From positions 5,755 through 69,754 of the forward strand of contig CANQEO010000003.1 of the NCBI GenBank assembly GCA_947595215.1: 64,000 nt of DNA, in the 5' to 3' direction. The position numbers and the translations under genes were made by a program. Numbering within the stretch: position 1 is the stretch's first letter; each line of letters starts with the position of its first letter. The notes beneath the pieces were generated by a model. That model saw only the letters and a list, made by a program, of their open reading frames with translations, was not told the DNA's origin and did no database searches. Positions 9,596 through 19,561 of the stretch are shown one piece after another. This stretch comes from an uncultured Bacilli bacterium (lineage in GTDB: Bacteria > Bacillota_I > Bacilli_A > RFN20 > CAG-449).

Positions 9596-10978
9596 TTATT
9601 CCTCAATTTTAGTATCAATTTCTACAAAACGTCCGATGTTCATCATAAAGGATAAAGTGATAGTGCCCGTCGCTCCGTTACGATTCTTTGAAACAATAAT
9701 TTGTATTTCTTCAGTTTTACCATATGGCGAATCGTCATCGTTAACTGCTTGTTGTTTTTCTTTATCTTCATCAGTATTTTGATAATTTTTACGATAGAGA
9801 AACAAAACTTGATCAGCATCTTGTTCGATAGAACCGGAATCACGTAAATCTGAAAGTACCGGTGTTCTGTTGGTGCGTTTTTCAGAAGAACGAGAAAGTT
9901 GACACAAGCAAAGAATCGGAACATCTAAGTCTCTCGCCAGTGATTTCAATTGTCTAGATATTTCACCGATTTCAACTTGGTGATTATCTAAATTCGTATT
10001 ATTAGTTCTAATTAAACCAAGATAATCAATAACAATTAGACCCAGATCGGGATATTGAGCTTTTAACTTTTCAGATTTTGTTCTTATATCGGTGATTTTA
10101 GCTGCAGAAGTATCATCAATCATTATCTTGGTATTGCTTAATCTTCTCATGGCTTCATCTGTAGCTAACCAGTCGTTATCGTCCATCTTAGCAGTCGCTA
10201 ACTTAGTAAAAGTTACATAAGCTCGATTAGCAAGTAATCTCATCATAATTGATTCTGCAGACATTTCCAGCGAGAAGAACGCGACAGTAACATCATTTAG
10301 GCTTGAAACATTATAAGCGAGATTAATTGCAAAAGCAGTCTTTCCAACAGATGGACGAGCACCTAAAATGATCAAAGAGCCATTTTGAAATCCTTGTGTT
10401 AATTTATTTAATGATTTATAACCAGTATCAAGACCATTTAGATTATTAACATTTTTTCCTTTTTTAATTTTTAATCCTTCGCCGATAGAAGCCACAACTT
10501 CTTTTGCAGTTTTAAATGATCCTACTCTTCTAGTTTTTGTGATATCCAGAATTCTTTTTTCACTTTCCGCGACAAAACTTGGAACATCACTAATTTTTTT
10601 AGTAGCAAAATCTTTTTTTATCGCATCCATCGTATTTAGCATTTTTCTTACTAAAGCTAAATCTTTAACAATATGAAGATGATTAATAGCGTTTTTATCG
10701 CCGACATAGTTTTCACGAAGTTCAACAAGGTATTCAAGTCCGCCAACCTCATTAAAGACTTTCATGTTAGTTAAAAGTTCTTCTGTTAAAGAAGCATTAT
10801 CTAGGGTAATACCACGATCCGTAATCGCTACAATAGCATCAAAAATCAAACGATGCTTCTTTGAATTGAAATCATCTGCTATCAATTGAGAAAGAACTTC
10901 GGCACGTACTGAATCACTTTCAATCATCGCTCCTAAAACAGCTTTTTCTGCATTTTCATTAAATGGTTGATACTCCAT
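9596..10978 (-). CDS. dnaB: Replicative DNA helicase
   Basis: 460 aa with a DnaB N-terminal domain (AEKAVLGAMI), Walker A GARPSVGKTAFA and a RecA-like C-terminus. Sits in rplI-dnaB synteny. Confidence 0.95.
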   Translation of the reverse strand: MEYQPFNENAEKAVLGAMIESDSVRAEVLSQLIADDFNSKKHRLIFDAIVAITDRGITLDNASLTEELLTNMKVFNEVGGLEYLVELRENYVGDKNAINHLHIVKDLALVRKMLNTMDAIKKDFATKKISDVPSFVAESEKRILDITKTRRVGSFKTAKEVVASIGEGLKIKKGKNVNNLNGLDTGYKSLNKLTQGFQNGSLIILGARPSVGKTAFAINLAYNVSSLNDVTVAFFSLEMSAESIMMRLLANRAYVTFTKLATAKMDDNDWLATDEAMRRLSNTKIMIDDTSAAKITDIRTKSEKLKAQYPDLGLIVIDYLGLIRTNNTNLDNHQVEIGEISRQLKSLARDLDVPILCLCQLSRSSEKRTNRTPVLSDLRDSGSIEQDADQVLFLYRKNYQNTDEDKEKQQAVNDDDSPYGKTEEIQIIVSKNRNGATGTITLSFMMNIGRFVEIDTKIEE

Positions 10979-10986
10979 AAAAACAC

Positions 10987-11436
10987 CTACTTTTTCTCAG
11001 ATACATGAACACGAATTGAAGCCAAAACGTCTTTAAAAAGTTCAATTTTTAAATTGGTGTAACCAAAAGCATTTACCGCTATTTTATCGACAAATTTGCG
11101 TTTATCGATTACGATATCATATTTTTCTTTAAGTTCGGCTTCTATCTGTTTTGGAGAAATGGTACCCATCATTCTTCCATCTTTTGAAGCGGCCGCTTGG
11201 AACTCTAAGACGATACTTTCTAAACGCTCAGCTTCTTTTTCAGCATTGGCTTTTTTCGCCGCAAGTTCTTCTTTTTCTTCAAGAATCTTACGATCGCGGA
11301 ATTCTAATCCTCTTTGGTTTGAAAGTATTGCTAATCCTCTAGGAATTAGAAAATTTGCACCATAGCCTTGAGAAACTTCAACAACTTGATTCTTCTTCCC
11401 GACTCCTTTAACATCTTGTAATAATATTACTTTCAT
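10987..11436 (-). CDS. rplI: 50S ribosomal protein L9
   Basis: 149 aa; MKVILLQDVKGVGKKNQVVEVSQGYGANFLIPRGLA. Confidence 0.95.
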   Translation of the reverse strand: MKVILLQDVKGVGKKNQVVEVSQGYGANFLIPRGLAILSNQRGLEFRDRKILEEKEELAAKKANAEKEAERLESIVLEFQAAASKDGRMMGTISPKQIEAELKEKYDIVIDKRKFVDKIAVNAFGYTNLKIELFKDVLASIRVHVSEKK

Positions 11437-11445
11437 AATAACCTC

Positions 11446-13461
11446 CTAATGGTTTGTATTTGTTGCTCGTGCATCGTTTAAATATAATTCCAAAGTGCTT
11501 TTTAAACGATTACAAACTTCATTAACTGTTTGATCTGTGAATTGAGCAGCAGCAGCGGTAAAGTGTCCGCCACCACCCAATTTTTCCATAATCATTTGAA
11601 CATTTATCGTACCATCGCTTCGAGCTGAAATGGCGGTTTCTTTATCTGATGTGTGACCTATTACAAAGCAAGCGTTAACACCTTTAATTTGTACAGATTC
11701 ACTAGCGACAACAGCAAGCATCGTTTTATTGATAATATCATTTTGATCCGCTAATGCGATGATAACTCCATAATATGGAGTAATTGAATTGGATATAATT
11801 TTTGTTTTTAATGCATATTCTTCATATTCTTCTTTCAAGAAGTAATCCGCTTTAGCATTATCAGCACCAAATTCTTTTAAAGTCAAAGACGCATCATATG
11901 TTGCTACACCTGTTTTTTGACGATAGTAGTTAGTATCAAGTAAGATACCCGCTAGCATAAATGTCGCTTCACGATTATCTACTTCAATACGTTTTGGAGA
12001 ATATTTGATAATTTCACTCACTAATTCTGAGGCCGAAGAAGCCGAAGGTTCAATGTGAACAAACACCGGATGATCGACAAACTCTTCACTACGGCGGTGA
12101 TGATCAATAACTGCAATGCGCTCGGCTTTTTCAAGTACACTATTGGCCATAACAATCGAAGGTCTATGAACATCAGTTAAAATCAATAATGTTTCACTAG
12201 TTATATGATAGCTTGCCTGTTTTAAGGTATAAGTCATATTTTGAATTTCTTCCTTAGAATAGAAATCCTTAAAAGCTTTTTTAGTTTTAGTTTCGACGCG
12301 TTTTTCATCATAAACAATGTGAACATCTTTATCAAACGCTTTAGCAAAATCATATAGACCTAAAGCACTACCCATTGCATCCATATCAGCGTCATTATGT
12401 CCCATAATAACAACATTTTTAGACGTTTGAATTAAAGACGCTAACGAAGAAGAGAGAACTCTAACTTTTACACGGCTACGATTTGTTTTAGCTTCTGAAA
12501 CACCACCGATAAAAGTTAAGTTTCCTCCATATGGCGATAAAACCGCTTGGTCACCGCCTCTTGATAAAGCGACATCTAAAGCATTACTAGCCATTTCTGA
12601 TAACTTTACAACATCATCAAAGCCACTAGCAAAACCGATAGAAAGAGTTACCGTTAAATCTTCAAAAGATTTGTTTTTAACCTTATTTAATATTGAAAAA
12701 TTATCTTTTAATAAACCGTCATATGCCTTTTGATCACAAACAATGAAGAACGTATCACTTTTTAGTCTCTTCAATAATAAGTTATATTTTCTGCAATAAT
12801 CAGTAATGATGGAAATGACATTAATAATCATATCATTATTGTCACGATCATTAGCGAAAGCTTCTAAATCTGAATAGTTATCAATGCTTATAATACCTAC
12901 TACTGGGGCGTGTTGCTTAGAATATTCGACAACACGATTATATTCAGTCACATCTTTGAGAATGAAAAGATTAGCTTCTTTTAAGAGTTTAACTTCATAC
13001 CTTTTTCCTTCAATATCCACTTGTACTGTATGACTTTCAGATAAATCTTCCCCTTCATATTCCTTTAATTCTTTGAGTTCTTCTTTCCACTCAAAGATAT
13101 TCATATCCATAATTGTTGACTGAATGCTTGAAAATTGTTCGTTAGTCCAAATGATATTGTCGCTTTCATCAGTAACAATTAAGCCTATTTTTCCAAAAGT
13201 ATAAGCTTCTTGAATATCTTCACCGACAATATCCAAAGCTTTTAAATCTGTCTTATGTTTATAGTGAGATATAGAAGAAAGTATTAACCAAAATAGTATG
13301 AAATTTACTAAAACGAATATAGCAATCGTTCCAACTAGCAATTCCATAGTATATCTCTCTCTCCAATATACAGCCGCAATATAAACTGCAACGGCGACTA
13401 AAAGTTGAAAAAATAATATAATTAGTACTTTTATTTTTTGACGTTTAATAAATTTTTGCAT
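11446..13461 (-). CDS. gdpP: Cyclic-di-AMP phosphodiesterase GdpP (2 TM - PAS-like - degenerate GGDEF - DHH/DHHA1)
   Basis: 671 aa with two N-terminal TM helices, DHH motifs (GHNDADMDAMGS, IDHHRR) and a GGGH motif (GGGGHFTAAA). Located upstream of rplI as in Bacillus. Confidence 0.85.
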   Translation of the reverse strand: MQKFIKRQKIKVLIILFFQLLVAVAVYIAAVYWRERYTMELLVGTIAIFVLVNFILFWLILSSISHYKHKTDLKALDIVGEDIQEAYTFGKIGLIVTDESDNIIWTNEQFSSIQSTIMDMNIFEWKEELKELKEYEGEDLSESHTVQVDIEGKRYEVKLLKEANLFILKDVTEYNRVVEYSKQHAPVVGIISIDNYSDLEAFANDRDNNDMIINVISIITDYCRKYNLLLKRLKSDTFFIVCDQKAYDGLLKDNFSILNKVKNKSFEDLTVTLSIGFASGFDDVVKLSEMASNALDVALSRGGDQAVLSPYGGNLTFIGGVSEAKTNRSRVKVRVLSSSLASLIQTSKNVVIMGHNDADMDAMGSALGLYDFAKAFDKDVHIVYDEKRVETKTKKAFKDFYSKEEIQNMTYTLKQASYHITSETLLILTDVHRPSIVMANSVLEKAERIAVIDHHRRSEEFVDHPVFVHIEPSASSASELVSEIIKYSPKRIEVDNREATFMLAGILLDTNYYRQKTGVATYDASLTLKEFGADNAKADYFLKEEYEEYALKTKIISNSITPYYGVIIALADQNDIINKTMLAVVASESVQIKGVNACFVIGHTSDKETAISARSDGTINVQMIMEKLGGGGHFTAAAAQFTDQTVNEVCNRLKSTLELYLNDARATNTNH

Positions 13462-13805
13462 AAAGTCACCCCATTCTTAATTATTATACATAATTAAGAA
13501 ATATAAATATAGTCAAAATGATACGCTTTTTTAACAGACTAAAAGGATATATTTTTCAAAATTGCAAACACAATAAACAACTTATGATATTTATAAAAAG
13601 TTGTTCTTTTCATTAAATTATATGAATCAACTGAATTTGGTTCCAAACTGTAATAGCCCATTTATTAAAAAGAATATTTATGACCGCTATATATCAAATT
13701 AGAGAAACCAACCGAATATTAATTATTATTTAATCATTATTTTTTTCACTATTTTTTCCTATGCTTTAAAAATATCAAAATATTCTTTTATCATTTCAAT
13801 AATGT

Positions 13806-13842
13806 GAAAAAAATGATCTCATAAAATGTTTTATGAGATCAT
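13806..13842 (-). terminator. Rho-independent terminator of the lipoprotein gene
   Basis: Perfect 14-bp stem (ATGATCTCATAAAA / TTTTATGAGATCAT) with a 2-nt loop, followed on the minus strand by a T7 run. Confidence 0.75.
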
Positions 13843-13893
13843 TATCAATAAAATCAAATTTGAATAATTAAAGAAAAACAAAATTAATCTTCA

Positions 13894-15657
13894 TTAGTAT
13901 TCGACATTGGGAGAAGTTTTATTTAAATCATATGCTTCAATCCACATACGATATTCAACATCATCATCCGATCCCATGTTAAATGGTGAAGTAAATCTTA
14001 CCACGATATTATCTTTTTGATAGACATATCTCATATCGCCATCACCATCTTCAAACTCTTCAACAAATTCAAATCCGGCAGCGACAAGAAGTTCACCATA
14101 TTCTTCAGCAAAGGTAGCGACACCATCTTCTTTAATATAAGCGATAGCAAATACACCTTCTGCGATTGTTTCTTCATCAACGATGATACCGCCATCTTCG
14201 TACATGATATTCCATCCATCGAAAGAAACCGGTTCAGGAATTTCCATTCCTAAAATATCCATACATAAAGAACCAAATGTCATCGAGCGAGTGAAAGAAC
14301 TCGTTTCTCCAATATAAACAACAGGGCCATTTTCCCATTTGAAAGTAAGATTTCCAAAATCGATAGAATCACCACTTTCAATTCCTTCTTCATCGACAAA
14401 ATCAAGATAAGCTTGTTTCATTTCTTCATCTAATCCTTCGGAGAATTTTACTTCTACCGGAGTTGAACTATTAAACTGACATTTTAATGAAGAAGCACCA
14501 CTTGTAGCAACTTCTCCTTCAATGTAAGTTAAAGATAAATTAACAGACATACCATTCATTTTTGAACCAGTGTAACTATCAGCAAATTCTTCTTCCCAAG
14601 TACTAACATCCAAAACATCATATGGTTCAATATCCATTTCATCACCAACCGAAACTAATTCAGCGTCTTTAAATACTACTGCGCCCTTTTCGACATCAAC
14701 AGTACCTTTTACGGTTATTTCTTTAGAGTAATTTGACCACGGATCAAGTACACTAGCATCTGGGAAGTAGGTAGGAACACCATCACTGATGACTGCAGCG
14801 GAATTTCCCATATCAAGAATTGATGATAAAATACCGGTAAATTCTATTTCCACACCCTCATATAGTGCGTTACCTTCTTCACCTACTTTTAATAACATAT
14901 AAAGTTCAGGATCTTTAATATCCATTTCCCCATTTGCGTATTCATGAACATAATCGATTCTGGATGTACCAATATCTCCTACAGTAATCCTATAAAAAAC
15001 ATTATCTTTCGGTAAACTAAGTATACCGCCATCTAACATATTTGGATTAAGGCCCAAAAACTTTATTTGATCTAAACTTAAATCTTCATTTAGAATTATA
15101 TCAATACCATCATGAGCATGACCAAATAAATATGCAAGTGGGTGGTTGGTTAAGATTAATAATCTTTGAATTGAGAATTCATCGTCAGTGTGAAAAGTCA
15201 ACTTATCTTCAGTTTTAACAAAAGTATCAAGATCTAAAACGTGGTCCAAATCTTTCATATAAGAAAGATGTAATGGAAGATAATCTTCGCGACCATAATC
15301 ATCAAATCCATCCCATTCGTTTGTAGCAGACTCTGGATTATATACGTATGAATGAACAGTATCATTATCTTTTGATACTTTCATATATCCAGAAATTTGA
15401 CCTGAATCCATAAAGGTTCCATAATAGTTTTCGGAAACGACAGTTTTCCCAGTACTCCCATCGTAACTGACACTATTAAGAGTATAGTTATTTCCAAGTG
15501 ATTCAATAGCCGTTTTTAAATCTTCAAGAGTAGCATTGACTTCACTTGTTGTCTCATCTGCATTGGAAGATGAACTTGTACCATCATTACTATTATTACA
15601 AGCCGCCAACAATAAGAATGATGTAGCAATAATAAGAAGTGTCTTTGATTTTTTCAT
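13894..15657 (-). CDS. Acidic lipoprotein of unknown function
   Basis: 587 aa. Signal peptide with lipobox LLLAAC, then an S/N/T-rich linker. The mature part is very D/E-rich. I recognise no family signature. Confidence 0.7.
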   Translation of the reverse strand: MKKSKTLLIIATSFLLLAACNNSNDGTSSSSNADETTSEVNATLEDLKTAIESLGNNYTLNSVSYDGSTGKTVVSENYYGTFMDSGQISGYMKVSKDNDTVHSYVYNPESATNEWDGFDDYGREDYLPLHLSYMKDLDHVLDLDTFVKTEDKLTFHTDDEFSIQRLLILTNHPLAYLFGHAHDGIDIILNEDLSLDQIKFLGLNPNMLDGGILSLPKDNVFYRITVGDIGTSRIDYVHEYANGEMDIKDPELYMLLKVGEEGNALYEGVEIEFTGILSSILDMGNSAAVISDGVPTYFPDASVLDPWSNYSKEITVKGTVDVEKGAVVFKDAELVSVGDEMDIEPYDVLDVSTWEEEFADSYTGSKMNGMSVNLSLTYIEGEVATSGASSLKCQFNSSTPVEVKFSEGLDEEMKQAYLDFVDEEGIESGDSIDFGNLTFKWENGPVVYIGETSSFTRSMTFGSLCMDILGMEIPEPVSFDGWNIMYEDGGIIVDEETIAEGVFAIAYIKEDGVATFAEEYGELLVAAGFEFVEEFEDGDGDMRYVYQKDNIVVRFTSPFNMGSDDDVEYRMWIEAYDLNKTSPNVEY

Positions 15658-15950
15658 AACAATTACCTCTTTCTTTTTGTTTTTATAAATATAAAATAAA
15701 AAATTCGAAAATAAAAGAATTTTTTTATATACGTTAATAATTATTCTTAAAATCAGGAATTTAATGGTAATAAAGATCTAAAAATAACTTTCAAATATTT
15801 AAAATGAGTTTCTATATTAGCATTTAAACAATATGCAAATTGAGAAAAAATTTTTTAATAATTCGCTACAAACTTTATACATAAATATTATTATTCTTTA
15901 CCTTAGAAACCTTTATGTAATAATGTTGTTAATTCAGAAGAAAATTATAC

Positions 15951-15990
15951 AAAAAAAGAGGCTAGAAACTTTAATTGTTTCTTAACAGCC
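15951..15990 (-). terminator. Rho-independent terminator after rpsR
   Basis: On the minus strand: GGCTgttaAGAAAC-aattaaa-GTTTCTAGCC followed by TCTTTTTTTG. Confidence 0.6.
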
Positions 15991-16055
15991 CCATAAAATT
16001 TTATAGATAAATTTTTAGCACAAGTAAATTCTCTCTATGTGCTATTTTTATACTA

Positions 16056-16301
16056 TTAGTCAATAACAAATGGTAATAATGCCATAAAACGTGCGCGTTT
16101 AATAGCAATCGCAACATCTCTTTGGTGTTTTGCACAAGTGCCGGTAACGCGTCTTGGAGAAATTTTGCCGTTTGGAGAAATAAAACGTTTTAAATTTTCG
16201 ACATCTTTATAATCAACTTTAACAACTTTCTCTTTGGTTTCTTTTGCTTTAGCACAAAATGCACAAACCTTTTTTCTTGGTCTCATTTTCTTGTAAGCCA
16301 T
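16056..16301 (-). CDS. rpsR: 30S ribosomal protein S18
   Basis: 81 aa; KKVCAFC...[33 protein letters not shown]. Confidence 0.95.
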   Translation of the reverse strand: MAYKKMRPRKKVCAFCAKAKETKEKVVKVDYKDVENLKRFISPNGKISPRRVTGTCAKHQRDVAIAIKRARFMALLPFVID

Positions 16302-16321
16302 AATACCCCTTTCTATCTTCT

Positions 16322-16774
16322 TTAGAATGGAAGATCATCATCAGTGACATCGAACGAATCGACGTTTTTATCAGTTGGTTCATCATCATTAACTGGATCC
16401 GCGTGGTAACCTGTATTATCCGCAAGAGGCATTTCCTCTTTTCTATTTTCATCGGATCTTCTTTCTAAGACCTGAACATTATCACAAATAACTTCAACAA
16501 CTGTAACTTGTCGATTTTCTTTGTTTTCGTAACTACGTTGGTTAAGTCGACCTTCGACTCCCACTAACATACCTTTTCCGGCAAAACGTGAAATGAACTC
16601 AGCGCTTTTATTCCAAGCAGTACAAGGAATAAATGAGGCGCTTCTTTCGCCATTTGCATTTTTGCTACGGTTATCAACTGCGATGGTGAAGGAACATACA
16701 GTCATACCGCTTTGAGTTCTTCTAAGTTCTGGATCTCTTGTGAGACGTCCAACTAATACTACTTGATTAATCAT
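16322..16774 (-). CDS. ssb: Single-stranded DNA-binding protein
   Basis: 150 aa with an OB fold ([18 protein letters not shown]) and an acidic C-terminal tip DDDLPF. Confidence 0.95.
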   Translation of the reverse strand: MINQVVLVGRLTRDPELRRTQSGMTVCSFTIAVDNRSKNANGERSASFIPCTAWNKSAEFISRFAGKGMLVGVEGRLNQRSYENKENRQVTVVEVICDNVQVLERRSDENRKEEMPLADNTGYHADPVNDDEPTDKNVDSFDVTDDDLPF

Positions 16775-16798
16775 TTTAAATCCTCCTTTTAATAAGGA

Positions 16799-17083
16799 CT
16801 ATTCAGCGATAATTAAGTGACGCAAAACATTAGGATTAATCTTCGCTAAGCGATCAAATTCGTCGATAACTTTTGAAGAAGAAGCACTAACTTTAACTAC
16901 CACGTAATATCCTTTTTTCTCTTTTTTGATTTCGTAAGCCAAATCTCTTAAGCCCCATTCATTTACATCGTCGACCGAACTTCCGTCGGCAGAGAGAACC
17001 TCATGAAGCTTTCCAATTAACTCATTGCGAGTGGCATCTTCAAGAGCTGAATTAAGGATATACATAATCTCGTACTTTTTCAT
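16799..17083 (-). CDS. rpsF: 30S ribosomal protein S6
   Basis: MKKYEIMYILN start, preceded by AAAGGGAGG 7 nt upstream. The 10-codon upstream extension in the ORF track would swallow this RBS. Confidence 0.9.
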   Translation of the reverse strand: MKKYEIMYILNSALEDATRNELIGKLHEVLSADGSSVDDVNEWGLRDLAYEIKKEKKGYYVVVKVSASSSKVIDEFDRLAKINPNVLRHLIIAE

Positions 17084-17157
17084 GTGTACACCTCCCTTTG
17101 GTCTTCTGGCCATTACCTAGTAATGGCAGAGAGAATACATAGTCCTTCACACTATGC
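17084..17157 (-). promoter_or_regulatory. Structured rpsF 5' leader (candidate S6:S18 autoregulatory leader)
   Basis: The minus-strand leader contains two clean hairpins, CATAGT-gtgaagg-ACTATG and GCCATTAC-tag-GTAATGGC. The second ends about 15 nt before the RBS. Confidence 0.45.
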
Positions 17158-17163
17158 CACTTA

Positions 17164-17192
17164 ATAATAAAAGACCTGAGTCAATTTGTAAA
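17164..17192 (-). promoter_or_regulatory. Sigma-A-type promoter of the rpsF-ssb-rpsR operon
   Basis: On the minus strand: TTTACA, a 17-nt spacer, then TATTAT. Confidence 0.5.
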
Positions 17193-17211
17193 GAAGAAGA
17201 GACACATATTC

Positions 17212-17248
17212 AAAAATCCCCTCTCACTTTTGCAATAGGGGATTTTTT
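17212..17248 (-). terminator. Rho-independent terminator after the ClpC-like gene (bidirectional shape)
   Basis: AAAAATCCCCT...AGGGGATTTTTT hairpin with T runs on both strands, 16 nt downstream of the stop codon. Confidence 0.7.
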
Positions 17249-17263
17249 ATAATTTGATAAAAA

Positions 17264-19297
17264 TCAATGTACTTTTTTTGATAAACGCTCCAATATTTTC
17301 TTTTTAACATCGCGTTTAATGAGCCTTGCTCCATAGCGATTATAGTTTTCTTCATCGTCAAGATTTAACTCTAAATCACCGAGCTCAAAGTTTAGTGATT
17401 GCGAAATAGATTGAAAATAATCTTGAGCAATGCTATGTCTTGAATTCTCGTCTAAATGATCAAAAACTACAACATCATCGATTCTTGATAAAAACTCATA
17501 TCTAAATCTCTCATTGAGTTTTTTTAGAATCGTATCTCGATATGAAAAGTTGATACTTAGATTTTTTTTGAAAACAAATTTATCATCATAACCATAATTA
17601 GATGTTAAAATAAACATCGCATTAGTACAATCAACTTTTGTTCCTTTGTTATCAATAAAATATCCTTCATCAAAAACATTTAAGAAAAAATCTAATATTT
17701 CATTGTTGGCTTTTTCAATTTCATCAAGAATCACTAACGAATGCGGAAAAGCCTTTAAATTCTTCACAAAAGGCGTTTGAGACGGAGTCTGATAGCCATT
17801 AATACCAAGAAGTTTCGATAATGATCCATATTCTTGATAAGATGCCATATCCAGTTTTAAGGTGTGACCTGCTCCAGAAAAATAATGTTCGCCGATTATT
17901 TCGGCACATGCACTTTTTCCAACACCAGAAGGTCCAACAAACATCATCACCAATAAAGGACGATTTTTTTCAACTACAGCATTTTCGATTAATCTCAAAT
18001 TAGATTCAATTTGTTCTATAGCACGAGTCTGACCTCTGATATTATCTCGTAATTTTTTAGAGACAATTTCACTAACCTTTAAATGATTGATTTTGATTTT
18101 AAAATATGATTCGACAGTATTAATTATATTCTCTTCAGTTAATTTTTCTTCTGCAATCACACAAGAATTATCTAAGATATCAATCGCTTTATCAGGAAAA
18201 TATGAATTAGGAACTTTTTTAGCTAAATCAACGATAGTTTTTAATAATGATGAATCGATTTTAATTTTATAATGCTTCTCGTAAATCGGTTTTAAAGCTT
18301 CCAATATCTCAAGAGTTTCTAATGCGCTAGAAGGTTCTACTTTAATAATTTGAAATCTTCTCTTTAAAGCTTTATCTTTATCAAAAGCTTCATGAAATTC
18401 GTCTTCAGTAGTAGCCCCAATAATTTGAATATCCCCTCGTGACAAATATGGTTTTAAGATATTGGATGCATCGATTGCGCCTTCTGCGCCTCCTGCTTTT
18501 ACAATATTATGAATTTCATCAATAAATAAAATTGCATTGCCATCATCTTTAACTTTTTTGATAATTTTTTTTAATTTTTCCTCAAATTCTCCGCGATATT
18601 TTGTACCGCTTACCGTAGAAGCAATATCAAGTTCATATATTGTTTTTGATTTTAAGGAAGGCACTTTACCCTCATCAATCATCTTTGCGACCTCTTCTAC
18701 AATCGCTGTTTTTCCTACTCCCGGTTCACCGACTAAAATTGCATTCGGTTTATTTCTTCTCGATAAAGCATTTAGCAATTGATGTATTTCATCTTTACGA
18801 CCGATTAGAGGATCTTTTGATATTCCGGATAAATTATGAAGATCTGTTACATTATCTAATTCAGAACGTTTCTTCTGAGAGTTTATTAAAAGTCGAATGA
18901 GATTTTCTTTATTAACTTTATATTTAGTTAACAAATCAAAGGCAGCACCTTGCTCTTCTCTTAATAAGGCTTGTCCTAAAGAGGCAATAGAAACAAATTC
19001 TTCTTGTGCCTTTTTAGATATTGCAATCGCATTATCTAAAAGCAATTTTAAATCCATCGTATATTCCATATAGAGAGGATCCTCATCCGAATATGGATAA
19101 AGATTCTTTACTTTTTTAGATAAAGAGCTATATGTAACACCATATTTGCCAAGCTCGCGTCCTAAAGGATTTTCTTCAACGCGAAGAAATGCGAGTAGAA
19201 TATGTTCACTACCAATGCTCGTATGTGAAAATTCAAAAGCAATCGACTCCGCACACGAAATAACCTTTTGGGCTTCTAATGAGAATTTTTCAACCAT
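17264..19297 (-). CDS. Short ClpC-like AAA+ ATPase (Clp_N + D1 + D2, no M-domain)
   Basis: 677 aa. Clp N-domain repeat (AQKVISCAESIAFEFSHTSIGSEHILLAFL). D1 Walker A GEPGVGKT and Walker B ILFIDEIH. D2 Walker A GPSGVGKS and Walker B LVILDEIEKA. Confidence 0.7.
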   Translation of the reverse strand: MVEKFSLEAQKVISCAESIAFEFSHTSIGSEHILLAFLRVEENPLGRELGKYGVTYSSLSKKVKNLYPYSDEDPLYMEYTMDLKLLLDNAIAISKKAQEEFVSIASLGQALLREEQGAAFDLLTKYKVNKENLIRLLINSQKKRSELDNVTDLHNLSGISKDPLIGRKDEIHQLLNALSRRNKPNAILVGEPGVGKTAIVEEVAKMIDEGKVPSLKSKTIYELDIASTVSGTKYRGEFEEKLKKIIKKVKDDGNAILFIDEIHNIVKAGGAEGAIDASNILKPYLSRGDIQIIGATTEDEFHEAFDKDKALKRRFQIIKVEPSSALETLEILEALKPIYEKHYKIKIDSSLLKTIVDLAKKVPNSYFPDKAIDILDNSCVIAEEKLTEENIINTVESYFKIKINHLKVSEIVSKKLRDNIRGQTRAIEQIESNLRLIENAVVEKNRPLLVMMFVGPSGVGKSACAEIIGEHYFSGAGHTLKLDMASYQEYGSLSKLLGINGYQTPSQTPFVKNLKAFPHSLVILDEIEKANNEILDFFLNVFDEGYFIDNKGTKVDCTNAMFILTSNYGYDDKFVFKKNLSINFSYRDTILKKLNERFRYEFLSRIDDVVVFDHLDENSRHSIAQDYFQSISQSLNFELGDLELNLDDEENYNRYGARLIKRDVKKKILERLSKKVH

Positions 19298-19467
19298 ATT
19301 GTGCCTCTTTCACTTTTCAATCTATGATTTAACAATTTAATTATTGCCTTATCTTCCGAAAATATACTCATTATAAAAATTATCTTGTTAGAGAATTTTC
19401 TACTTTTACTTTTTGATTTAAAATGCATTTTATGCTTTTAAAACTATATCTAACAACAATCATACAT

Positions 19468-19496
19468 TTGACAAAAAAAATTAATCATACTATATT
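19468..19496 (+). promoter_or_regulatory. Near-consensus sigma-A promoter upstream of the MATE relic
   Basis: TTGACA (19468-19473), an exact 17-nt spacer, then TATATT (19491-19496). Confidence 0.4.
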
Positions 19497-19561
19497 ACAT
19501 AGAGTTATAAATATTATAAAAATTCAATTATCCAATCACTTTTCTTACAAAAAATATTTCG

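Noticed and set aside
13476-13498. Palindrome CTTAATTAT-tatac-ATAATTAAG immediately upstream of the gdpP start.
   Set aside because: It is a pure A/T-rich inverted repeat with no recognisable regulator consensus. There is insufficient evidence for a regulatory call.
16249-16452. 67-aa minus-strand ORF spanning the ssb-rpsR junction.
   Set aside because: It is out of frame with, and nested in, two highly conserved genes. The real rpsR start has its own GGGG-type RBS.
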